Positions 1 to 10,210 of a stretch of DNA of 64,000 bases are shown piece after piece (within the stretch, counting starts at the first letter, position 1; the number at the start of each line of letters is the position of its first letter). The notes under the pieces are model-generated. The model ran no database searches. It was not told where the DNA came from and was given only the letters and a program-made list of their open reading frames with translations. Made by a program: the position numbers and the translations under genes. Source of the DNA: Marsupella aquatica (taxonomy: Eukaryota > Plantae > Marchantiophyta); assembly GCA_973895155.1 (NCBI GenBank), contig OZ316897.1:13453375-13517374 (forward strand), given 5' to 3'.

Positions 1-1128
1 GCCACGTTTGCTAGGATTGATGAGGACCTCGGTCCGTTTGGGTTAGTATTAGTTCCTCTTTCTTGGTTTTTACGGGTTCCCTAGTGCTCACTTCTTAGTT
101 TTAGTTTCTCTTTCTTGGTTTTTAGGGGTTCCCTTTTGCTCACTTCTTTTGCGTTTGGTTTTGTCCACTTGGACCCACTTTTGTTTATTCTTTTGTATTC
201 TTTTTGATCCTTTTCTGTAAATAGTTTATATATTTTCAGTTAATAATTGAATGAGACTGAACATGGTTGCACCACCAATCTACGCACTTGAGAGGAAATA
301 GTTCGGCAATTCAACAATGGTTCATGATTTATCGATATGTTAACTTGATAACTTTATTATTAGGCAAGCAATAACATTTCACAATTGCATATGATTTGCT
401 CCCATTAATTCGTGCATTGCACTGGACACAGCTACAATGGTTACTCAACCGGAAAAAATAGCATGAGTCCCCCTTCTCATATCAGACGATGCCAATCCTT
501 TACTTTGGACAGACAAAAGGATCTCCCCGTATTCCGCTCCACGAGTTTTTCTCCTCAACACGTGAACATTGGCATGCATACGACGGGAGGAGACATACAA
601 TACACCGCCTTGGCAGCCCAACATGATCTCTAACAGAAGCCCACCGGACTCAAGCTCATGGGATTCACAAGTTTCCAGGAGAAAAGGGAGAGAGGGGAGT
701 AATTTGGGTACTGAGGGGGGCTTTGCAAGAATTGGAGGAAAGAAAATGAGAAGTCCCTTGTGTCTTACCAATAACACATCCATTAGGGCATCTCAAAGCC
801 CCGGCTCAAAGCCCGGTGTTAACATGTTACAGGTCGGCCCAAGAGGAGCTCTTACTCAAACCCTCAGAATTCAAAGCACGTCTGGGGGTCCAAAATGGTC
901 CACCTTGAGCTCGGCCCTTGACCCGACTAGCTCCCAAAGCTAGTCTAAGTCCTCGGTATGCATTATCAGCTTAGCGCATTGTCTTTGCTAGTGCAACTCT
1001 TCATTGCTCCATAATCTCCTCATACTTAGTCCCCATTGGATGGCTGTTCAAGAGGCTTGGACCATAGAGGAGCTCATGCGTCAGAGTTAATGACGCTGCT
1101 AAGTGTTAGGGTAGTTGAGTTTTGTGAC

Positions 1129-1694
1129 TCAATTGAACTTTGAATTTTTCTCTGCATCCTTGTCGCCATACATGAGGCTGATCGAATCCTCCACCCCACA
1201 ATCCCCTTTGACCAGCGGATTGACATTGGGGTGCCCACCAAAAATGGCATGCATCCTCTCAAAATGGGGACACAGCTTGTTCAACTTGGCTTCCAAAATG
1301 ACTCCAGCCATTAACTCATCTTTTTTTATGCCACCTCCAGACTGCATTTTAACTTCTTGAGCTTCCTTGTATCTCTTGACATAAATGGTCCTTCTCAAGC
1401 TTCCTTGTATCTCTTGGTCAAATTTAACTTCTTGAGCTTCCTTGTACTGCTTGGTCAAATTTGGAGCAGTGATGTCCTTCAAAAAACCATGGTGCTGAAT
1501 GGCAGCAAGCATTGATTTGAAAACAATTGCTTTGCTCCCGGCTTTGCTTTGGTACTTCCCACCAGCTTGGTCTTTCTGCCTCCTTCATTGATAGCTTGGA
1601 AATTCTTAGGAATATCCAGGTACGATACTATCTTCTTGTAGTCAGCATCTTTGAGGCAAGATTTGTCTGTAACCGCTTGTGTTTCTGAGAACAC
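1129..1694 (-). pseudogene. Myb/SANT-like DNA-binding protein remnant of the type associated with PIF/Harbinger transposons (frameshifted)
   Basis: Overlapping ORFs 1479-1694 (DYKKIVSYLDIPKNF...) and 1129-1512 (LEAKLNKLCPHFERMHAIFGGHPNVNP). The CP.F..M..IFG motif resembles the C-terminus of Harbinger-associated SANT proteins. No TIR or nuclease was confidently found. Confidence 0.4.
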
Positions 1695-2535
1695 ATTTCA
1701 TGGGGGCTGAAATCCTGCTCGAGGCCTCACATGTTGCATGCTACCACTAGAAGCCATGACACATACAAGAAGAGCTGTTTTCGGGAGGAAGTGGAGTAGG
1801 ATGACCAAAAAGTTGCCTACAGTCACGCTCTAAGAGACCTAGGGAGCTCTCTAAATCTGCTCCCACCAAATGAATCAATCTTACCAGAGGCGTGCATGCG
1901 TCTTTGCATATATACACGCATCAGAACTATGTTTGAAGGATCCATGAGGCTTGTTGATGTGTGATTAACCTCAATCAAAGGAAGCTTGCATTTACAAGTT
2001 CTACCTTGCATTCCCCACATCTACCTTGCAAGGTTGTGACATTTGAAATTTGAATAAGTGTTTATGAGCACGCAGCTTGTTAAGGGAAACGGCATGTTTG
2101 GTCTACACTTTGAGTGAAATTTGGAGCTGTCGTGTCTCCAAACTCATTGAAATGCCATGCCGGTAATCACACATCAAAATATGGTAATATATGGTGTGCA
2201 CTCATTGATTGAAAGAAAATAACAAGGTTTATCATAGTATGGAGGGATGTAATATGTCATATTTTGAAGTGCAGTATTAGAGACCCATCGAAATGCTTTT
2301 TCTTTGAGCTAATCGACATACTTCTGAGAGGTTTCTTGTGTGCCCCCTGCCCCCCCCCCCCCCCCCCCGCGCGCGCTCCATCACGTCTCTTTCTGTGTCG
2401 ACTCTTGTACGTTGGATGGTTCATGAGACTCGTTACGATTGTCGTCTATGTTCAACATGTAATTGATATTTTGAAAGGCCGGTCTTTGTTTCTTCTTGTG
2501 ACCTCATTCTGTCAAGATAGTATTAAATGCAAGAT

Positions 2536-2712
2536 AGTATTAAATGCACTATCTGACTACCTTGTTTGGTCAGGAAATAGTCCAATGGACCTCGTATAGT
2601 ATTATTGTAGTATTAAATGCACTGTCTGACCACCCTTTTGGTCAGGAGATACTATACCGGACCTGGTACAGTATTAAGTGCACACTTGACCACCTTTTTT
2701 GGTCGGGCAAAA
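2536..2712. repeat. Three degenerate direct repeats (~60-70 bp period), each with an internal inverted repeat
   Basis: AGTATTAA(A/G)TGCAC at 2536, 2609 and 2670, each followed by a TGACCA...TGGTCA-like stem. Confidence 0.7.
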
Positions 2713-3059
2713 GTCTTAATGGCCCAATAGGGTGTCTCAAAGCTGGCTTGTAACCAAAAAGTTATGGACACCAGCTGGACCCAAATAACTCACCTTATTG
2801 ACATGACTTCCGGGTCTTTTTCTAGCAAAGGGAGTAGCATTCGCCCGAGTTAAGGATAAAGTGTCAAAGTAAGTCCCTTAGTCTGTCCCTCCCTGACCTG
2901 CCTAAGCGTGTAATGAGTCAGAGAAGTTGAGAAATGAGAAAGATGACAGAATTAGCACCTACAGTTCGTGTGGAGTTGAACAAGGCAAGTACAGCAATTA
3001 CGATGTGCAGAGAGAGAGGGAGAGAGGGAGGGAGCGTTTCCACACTAGGATGAACGATC

Positions 3060-3440
3060 GACGACAGCTCCAGACAATTGCTTGAAGATGCTCATTGTGC
3101 CCACTCTCGTCTGCTCCTGCTGAGCCACAGCGTTTTCGAGAAAACTACAGAGGGAGAGAAACGGACTCTCCACATCAATCAGTATCTCCACACTGGTGAG
3201 TATGAAACGTGACGATTGCTCGGTATGCTCATTGTAGCTCTTCGCTCCAGCTGAGCATCGACGTCTACGAGAATATTAGATATAGAGAGAGGGTATTCTT
3301 CACCTTCACTCTGCACATAGAAACATTAAACGTGACGACTGCTCTTTCGTAAATGTTATGCTCACTGTAGCTCCTCGCTTCAGCTGAGCAACTACGTTGT
3401 GGAGGATAAGGCAGGGAGAGAGAGAGCTTCCTCTTCACCT
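3060..3440. repeat. Three degenerate ~135-bp tandem units upstream of the fucosyltransferase ATG
   Basis: ATGCTCA(T/C)TGT at 3088, 3225 and 3358. Each unit continues with GCTGAGC and a GA-rich tract. Confidence 0.65.
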
Positions 3441-3645
3441 ATTACGTAGCAACGATGGTTTGGGTTTGTGAGTAGGATAACGTTTTTTCGAGATTACTGA
3501 CAATCTCTCTTCGCGGTCCCTGGTTTCTGGCATCTCGTTTCGAAATCACACCTCTTTTCATATGAATAACTTTCGGTGAGAGTTCTCGTGGCTTTCTGTC
3601 TGGCTGTGTCCAGCAGCTAGAGGTTATCTGGAAGCAACTGGAGGG

Positions 3646-4182
3646 ATGAAACTTTACGGCCACTCGAGCCGAGTTTCGGCTCCCTGCCTATACCTAACGA
3701 CGTGTCTGTGCTTCTTGATTTTCTTCCTGAGCGCTTCATTTATGCTGGGGCAAAGGGGGAACTTGCCCGCTGCAAAGTTGATACGGGTGGGTCGATATCG
3801 AAGCGAGGGCGACGTAGAGGAGCTGAATGAGGAGTATTTGGATTCGGCTACGGGGCTGACCTTCTCGAGCACCGCGTATGCATTCCGGAAATGGGATGCA
3901 GAAGTGGGATGTCCAGCGTTCAGAGGGAAGCTGTATGATCAAGCTGCGAGTACTGCGCCAGTGAACCGGTCGGTGTTTCTGCAGGATTCGAATCCTGTCA
4001 TTTGCTCTGATCTGAAGCAGAAGCATGTCTCGGTTCTTGTCAAGGCGTCTACTTGGATTCCGGACAGTCTGAACAATCTCTATTCCTGTGGTTGTGGACT
4101 TAGTTGTTTGTGGGAAAAGTCGACTGTGCTCTTGGATGACCCGGATGCTCATTTCTATGAGTTATACAAACCTCCATTTACG
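3646..4182 (+). CDS. FUT13: Alpha-1,4-fucosyltransferase (GT10), exon 1 of 3
   Basis: ATG at 3646. N-terminal TM anchor (LYLTTCLCFLIFFL), AFRKWDAEVGC and TWIPDSLNNLYSCGCGLSCLW motifs typical of plant alpha-1,4-FucT. Phase-0 GT donor at 4183 (ACG|GTACGC). Confidence 0.88.
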
Positions 4183-4499
4183 GTACGCATGAACCCCTCG
4201 CGAAGAGGTTACTTTGTCAATGTTCCTCAGTCTCTCAATTTCTCTTTGCCTACTTGTGCTTTGTGTCGTTTGCCCTGTGGACCTCAAAAGTCGATTCGAA
4301 AAAATAAATTTATGTGAGCGAAAGAAGTCAGAAGAATGATCTTAGATCCACGGCAATATTTATGACGGCCGTCCAAATGTCTCGCGAAACTCCCTCATAA
4401 AAACTTGAGGAATTCCTAAGAAAATCTTAGCCCTTGCGGCATGAGTATGTGTTTAGTGTGATGAAAGCTCCAACCTACACCGTACCCAACGGATATGCT

Positions 4500-5400
4500 T
4501 GGTGCTTCCAAGTCATCCTCGCCATGCTTGTGCGGCTTGCAAATCTTGACTGGCAGGGGCAAAACTCTAGAAACTTCTGTTGACGTTCACCAGGGCTTTT
4601 GCCGGAGTCACAAATTGGTTGGTTCCGCATCAAGGGTTTTTGAGGTTAACGTTTGTGAGAGAGTTTGGAGAAGTTGCTGACCAAGCAGGATAACTCACCT
4701 CTTGGTCCTGAAGTCGAGATTGTGACCGGCGTCTGTGCGCGCAGGAGTGCTAGCAGAGTGTGACTAGCTTCTTCCTGATGTGCAGGACAAGTCATCCCTT
4801 TAGTTAACGATGTCACTGGCGTGTTCACGTCTTTCTGACGTTCCATCCTGAATTCGAGAACCTCTCCCATTATCCAGCCAAGATTCATGTCGAAGTCTTA
4901 CCTTCGGAAGTCTTTCATCGAACTAGAGTAGCTTCCCATGATTATGCACCATCATACATGCGTACCTGTGCTCGAGAAGACACCTGAATTCAATTTCACT
5001 CAGTTCACTGGACAAGAATCTCATCTTCCCTTGATGTTCACATGGTTCACTTGACAATAGTTTCATCTCATGGAAGTCGATTGATCTTGTATCTAGTTGA
5101 CTATTTGACTGGTCTACCCTAATGACGTCTAGGTTCAGCAAAATCCCCCTCTTTAGAACTGAGTACTTGTCAAGCCGATTGATGCTAGTGTTTGGATATC
5201 TCGGCCATTAGTTGGCGTATTTGTCGGACCAGCTCCACATGCAACTTTTTTCAAGGTCAGGGAGTTGTCCCGAAGACCCTGTACGAGCACTGTGGGCCAA
5301 CATTCAGGCACTGTTCCATTATCACGATGCCAATGCCGAAGAGTCCGATGCAAATTGGAGACGTGGCAGACATTTTTGAAACTCTATTCTGTCGATGATC
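4500..5400 (-). pseudogene. Possible degraded RI-type leucine-rich-repeat remnant, antisense inside FUT intron 1
   Basis: Hand translation of the minus strand gives LVQGLRDNSLTLKK(frameshift)LHVE and SLTNVNLKNP*CG...AKALVNVNRSF*SF, resembling L..AL..N.SL..L repeats. Multiple stops. Confidence 0.25.
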
Positions 5401-5769
5401 TCGCTTGCATTAATTGCATAGCGCTCCCTGGGTGCACTGCACCTTAAGGACAGTCACAGACCCTGAAGTCAATTGACCCAAAGGAAGGCACTTAGACCAC
5501 GAAAATTACTCTGCATGGTTCTAAACCGAAATCAAATTTCCCCACGAAACCAGCTACATTCGGGAAGTAGCACCTGATCTTGTTTTAATTTTGAACCTGG
5601 AATATGGAGTCTCCTTTGTTTCAAATTTAGGTCAAGTGTATGAACACGACTCCGTGAGGAATCACGCGAATGTTTCGTAGGCGCCCCTGAGTATTCTCGT
5701 TACCAATCTTGATCCACGAGTTAAATCTTGATTTTGGCACTGACGGTTGTTCTGTCATTCTTTTTGCAG

Positions 5770-5940
5770 AGACAAGATGGGGAGCCTCTGAGAGTGTACA
5801 TGGATCTGGAGCCAGCAAAGTGGCCCGCTGAGCAGGACATCTTCGTGAGCTACCATCACCAGGATTCTCTTCAGGTCACTTATGCGGGAGCTGCCTTTCA
5901 TATGAACCGCAACCATTACATTTCAGGCCACAAAAATCCA
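5770..5940 (+). CDS. FUT13: Alpha-1,4-fucosyltransferase, exon 2 of 3
   Basis: TTTTTGCAG acceptor ends at 5769. Encodes RQDGEPLRVYMDLE...QVTYAG...HKNP. GTAAGT donor at 5941, phase 0. Confidence 0.9.
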
Positions 5941-6241
5941 GTAAGTTCTCACGCTTGTGTTGTACCTTTTTAACCACAGCTCTTCCACTCCGGAGAACCA
6001 TCTGAAGATGATTTCAACTGTAAGCATTTATGACTAAGCAGCAGCAAATAGGATCGTGTAACAGCTCTGCACTTTGAATTGCATTCGACATAAACGGTTG
6101 AAAACCTGAAGCTGAGAGGCAGTTCCTATCCGAGGACAACGTGATGATTTACGTTTCAGGCAGCATTGCTGATTCTTCTAATTCCCTTCTTGATAAAGTA
6201 AAACGCACCCCGCTGATTTGTGGGAAAACACGTTTCTGCAG

Positions 6242-6820
6242 GACATTTTGGTGTACTGGTCCTCTTCGCGTTGTGTATCTGAGAGACAAGAAATCGCGAA
6301 GAGTTTCTTAGGTCTGGTGCCGCACCACTCGTTCGGAAAGTGTCTGAACAATGTGGGAGGAGAGCGAGATGAACTTGATCGTCGGTATCCTAGATGTCGC
6401 AATGAAGGAGGTGGAGGCGCCGGGTGGAGCACTAACCTACACTGCGCAATGTCGCACTACAAGTTCGTACTGGCCATAGAGAACACTTTCAGAGACAGCT
6501 ACGTCACAGAAAAGCTTTTCTACGCGTTGGATGCGGGGTCAATCCCTATCTACTTCGGAGCTCCAAACGTGCTGGAGTTGGTGCCCCCAAACTCAATCAT
6601 TCTCGGCAGTAACTTCAAGTCCATGGAGCAGCTCGCGTTCTACGTGAAACATCTGGCGGATAATCCTGTGGAGTATGCCGAATACCATGCTTGGAGGCGG
6701 TGCGGGGTATTGGGAAACTATGTGCACACCCGAGCCGTGAGCCTGGATTCTCTGCCTTGCCGCTTGTGCGCCATCGTGAGCCGAATGGGAGGCAAAAATG
6801 CGCCCTCCTCGAAGACTTGA
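6242..6820 (+). CDS. FUT13: Alpha-1,4-fucosyltransferase, exon 3 of 3 (spliced product ~428 aa)
   Basis: CTGCAG acceptor ends at 6241. DILVYWSSSRC and the GT10 signature YKFVLAIENT...YVTEKLFYALDAGSIPIYFG. TGA ends at 6820. Confidence 0.93.
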   Translation, partial: DILVYWSSSRCVSERQEIAKSFLGLVPHHSFGKCLNNVGGERDELDRRYPRCRNEGGGGAGWSTNLHCAMSHYKFVLAIENTFRDSYVTEKLFYALDAGSIPIYFGAPNVLELVPPNSIILGSNFKSMEQLAFYVKHLADNPVEYAEYHAWRRCGVLGNYVHTRAVSLDSLPCRLCAIVSRMGGKNAPSSKT

Positions 6821-8444
6821 CTGCCTTACGTACCGCACAATTGGAGATCCTTCATTGCATTCGGCCATTTCTTAGGACGCTTTCAGTCATGGCAAAGAAA
6901 CTGTCTCCCACGGTACATACCTGAAGCGGCAGGACGGTTGCTGGGGAATCCGTTATTCTGAGTAGAAGCTCTGCCAGGATCCAAGTTTCCAAATCCCAAG
7001 CCTGCTGGAACATGGGAGCAGAGGAAGGCGAATTTGTTTCGGCCATGTACAGGACAGAGATGAACTCAGACGCAGAGGAAGACGATTTTGTTTTCGGAAA
7101 CTGAGGGGAGACTTGAACTTGGCGGGTGAGGACAGCCATTTTGTTCTGGCCAACCACTCGTTGACTACCGATGTTATTGTGAATCCTCTCTCCACTGCGA
7201 GATGACAGTCGTCGCGCTGGGAGTCAATTTATCGAGAAATACCTTTCATTTTTACGGTACTCCAGTGTGTGCTACCACGTTGAGCTACCACAGCCCTAAT
7301 CGCAAGATTCTTGCACCTTCTCTTCCTGAGGACGAGACGGTCATTCCGAAGGGCCTTGTCTCGATGTCCATGACCAATAAGAGGAGGGGACGGAAGATCT
7401 GTCAGCTTGCTTTACACAACTGCCCAAAACATGTCACTGTGACAAGGTTGCATACTTCCTACAAAGTTGAATACTAAATTGATGGCAGCTGGACCCCAAG
7501 ATTAATTCGTTTATAAATTTAAACGAATGTTGCCAGGGCCTATCCACTACAAGAATTGTTTGTCCCAAGTTCTTTACTCTGGTTGACCTAGCATCACTCT
7601 ACTAACTTCAAGATAAGTAATTGTACTCCTTTTCGCTCGCCTTCTCTGACAGCTGAACAGCAGGCCGTGAGGCAAGAAGGTTCTAACCATTTTCCTGGGG
7701 CAGTGAATTTTTGAAACATCACTTCTTTTGTAGACTGATTATAGTTTACAAAGGTATCAATATGCATAGGAGTACTCGTTACCAATACCCCTCTCGTTCT
7801 TCCTCCTCAACACCCCCCCCCCCCCCCCGGCCCAACAACCTCTTCTTCATGGTTTGCGATGTCAACGTAAGCCCGGGTCGAGAATGTAGTGAACAGACAT
7901 TGGAGCTTCATAACCCATGCAACCCCCTAACCAATTGCAAGCTTTGAAGGATTTTCTCGAAACAACCGCAAAGTTGACAAATCAGCGTGATCTAAAACGA
8001 ACGATTATGAAACAGTGGGCATCTAATTGTCAACTTCACCGGTCCTATGTTCTATGAAGAAACCTTACTCAAAGTAAAACCGGTACCAATTAGGGACGGC
8101 ACTGAGGAGCTACTGACGTATCTTTGGGAAGACACCAAACACATGTAGTGGGCAGTATTTTAGAGTAACCAGATCATTGCAACAAATTTAGGGTATTTGG
8201 ACAGATCAGTGGGTGCACGGAATCACTGAGAAAACAGTAAGGAATCTCCGAATTAAAACCTTCGAATTCACAGCTCGACAACTCCAAATTTGCAGCACTA
8301 TTGAGGGGAAATCAACCCAAACATCCTTATGGACTTTCGGTCTGATGATTCAAACCCTGACGAACAACTACACAGGAAGTGAAGCAGATAACAATAGTCC
8401 AGTTTTATCGGTACCTAGTACATTTACAATATCTTACTATGCCG

Positions 8445-8704
8445 CTTTTCAAGAATCCCTAATCTCTTCATGTTGACAATTCAACCTCACCTACCCAGCT
8501 CTAATATATTTCACTAGCTGACTAATACATTTTCATCTCTACAGAACAGTTGACTAGCTTGAAGATGCAATGGACTTTTCAAGAATCCCTAATCTCTTCA
8601 TGTTGACAATTCAACCTCACCTACCCAGCTCTAATATATTTCACTAGCTGACTAATACATTTTCATCTCTACAGAACAGTTGACTAGCTTGAAGATGCAA
8701 TGGA
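8445..8704. repeat. Perfect 130-bp tandem duplication covering the PHD gene stop codon and proximal 3' UTR
   Basis: 8445-8574 is identical to 8575-8704, with CTT microhomology at the junction. Confidence 0.95.
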
Positions 8705-10210
8705 CTTAGTTCTCGTTGGTGGCCCCCCTAATGATCTCGAATTTGAAGACATCATCTTAGGATTGTTCCTGACAATAATTTTCTTCCTTACACTGCCTTC
8801 CTGCTTATCCCTTCCACTGGTGAACGCTCCTGCGTCATCTGTGCCGAATTTTCCAGTCGGCGTCCTCGTGTTGCCCGGTCTGCTCGTATGACCAGAACCT
8901 CGAGAGGCAGAGACCGGTGGTCTCTCATCATCAGAAGATGGAATAAACTTCTCCATTTCCTCCGGTGAGAGCAACCTCGCTGCAGCACGTACTTTCGATC
9001 TTTGCTCAGCATCTTGATGATCCCTCCTTTTCCACAACTCTTTCACTGCATCTTCAACGCTTTCCACCTTGTGACAAACCCCACGACAAACGGCACATAC
9101 ATATCGGAGATTATCATCATTTTGATACTGGAAGAACTGCTCATCGCTGATCCCATCACACCAACAGTGCACCCAATGCTCGCAGGAGTCACAGCATACC
9201 ATAGGAGTCACCTCTGAGTCCCTGTATACCTTCAAGCACACTGGACAGTACTTGTCCTTCACAAACAGCCGCCCGCATGCATCACATGTGGTGAATGCCA
9301 TAAACCATCTAGAACTGACACCGCTCCCAGGAACATTGGAGTTACAACTGTGGCAGACAGTGTGCTTGGGACACAGGTAAGGGCCCTTCGGTACGTGCTT
9401 GAGGGGAGGTTGCTGACAATATATATGAAGCCCTTCATCGCACCTTTTGCAGAACATCAATTTGTTGGGATCACCAGCTTGCCTGCAAACCTCACATGAG
9501 CGGCACATCCCACACACCCATTGAGTCCAATCGAATAAATCACGAAACTCGGCCCACCGCTTCACACACTTCCGGTGGTACTTCCTATTACATGACCGAC
9601 ACGAGAGCATTCGCTTTTCTCTCTCCCCGCCCACAATTTCCATGGAAGAGCAAATCCCACACACAGTTTGTTGGTGGGGCTCTCGTAATTCTTGAGCAGC
9701 AGACGCCGCGCCCCCATCATGCTTGCTATGCCTATCCACTCCGTGTGCTCCAGCCAGCTCCGCATCTCGGGAATTTGCACCACCTCTGTCGCTTCGGCTT
9801 GCAAAACTGTTGCCGTCTGTACCAGCAGACCGGCGAACAACCGTGAGCCTGCTGGCCTTCTTACTCACCGCAGTGTTCGGAGTCACCTCCACGACCTTTC
9901 TAGTCGACAGCTTTGTCATCTTCTTGCCCCTAAACGGCCTCTTCGGAGTAGGCATCCCGCCCTCCTCCGCATGGTGGTCTCCAGTAGGAATTCGCTGCTG
10001 CTTGATATTCTTCTTGACATCCTTAAGCAGGCAAGGAACAACGACGTCAACGGTCTTCTCCCCGCCCAAGAAATCCAGCGACGGCCAAATGTCTTTCGTC
10101 AGGATTTGCTGGAGAGGCGCCTGCGATGGCGAAGGACTTGGATCTCTTCTTCCAAAGGTGCAGTAGCAAATCTTACGACAAGTGAGAGGACAACCCAGAT
10201 GAAATGCCAT
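8684..10210 (-). CDS. Multi-PHD/RING/FYVE zinc-finger protein (plant family beginning MAFH..CP.TCR.IC.C; Arabidopsis AT3G08020/AT3G52100-like), intronless
   Basis: 508-aa open ORF. N-terminus MAFHLGCPLTCRKICYC. Tandem PHD fingers include CRSCEVCRQAGDPNKLMFCKRCD..LHIYC, YLCPKHTVCHSC and YCPVCLKVYRDSEVTPMVCCDSCEHWVHCWCDGI. Confidence 0.88.
   Translation of the reverse strand: MAFHLGCPLTCRKICYCTFGRRDPSPSPSQAPLQQILTKDIWPSLDFLGGEKTVDVVVPCLLKDVKKNIKQQRIPTGDHHAEEGGMPTPKRPFRGKKMTKLSTRKVVEVTPNTAVSKKASRLTVVRRSAGTDGNSFASRSDRGGANSRDAELAGAHGVDRHSKHDGGAASAAQELREPHQQTVCGICSSMEIVGGEREKRMLSCRSCNRKYHRKCVKRWAEFRDLFDWTQWVCGMCRSCEVCRQAGDPNKLMFCKRCDEGLHIYCQQPPLKHVPKGPYLCPKHTVCHSCNSNVPGSGVSSRWFMAFTTCDACGRLFVKDKYCPVCLKVYRDSEVTPMVCCDSCEHWVHCWCDGISDEQFFQYQNDDNLRYVCAVCRGVCHKVESVEDAVKELWKRRDHQDAEQRSKVRAAARLLSPEEMEKFIPSSDDERPPVSASRGSGHTSRPGNTRTPTGKFGTDDAGAFTSGRDKQEGSVRKKIIVRNNPKMMSSNSRSLGGPPTRTKSIASSS

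Noticed and set aside
445-783. Harbinger DDE nuclease partner for the SANT-like remnant
   Set aside because: No catalytic motifs could be recognised in any minus-strand frame examined.
2536-2712. CRISPR-like array
   Set aside because: Only three degenerate units, the inter-repeat parts resemble each other, there are no cas genes and the context is eukaryotic.
4183-4317. C-terminal part of ORF 3646-4317 as coding
   Set aside because: Read-through into intron 1. Homology continues in exon 2 after the GT at 4183.
6852-7195. Minus-strand ORFs with a CAG|GTATGT donor as downstream exons of the PHD gene
   Set aside because: The PHD ORF has its own stop and no recognisable homology was seen. More likely FUT 3' region or decayed sequence.
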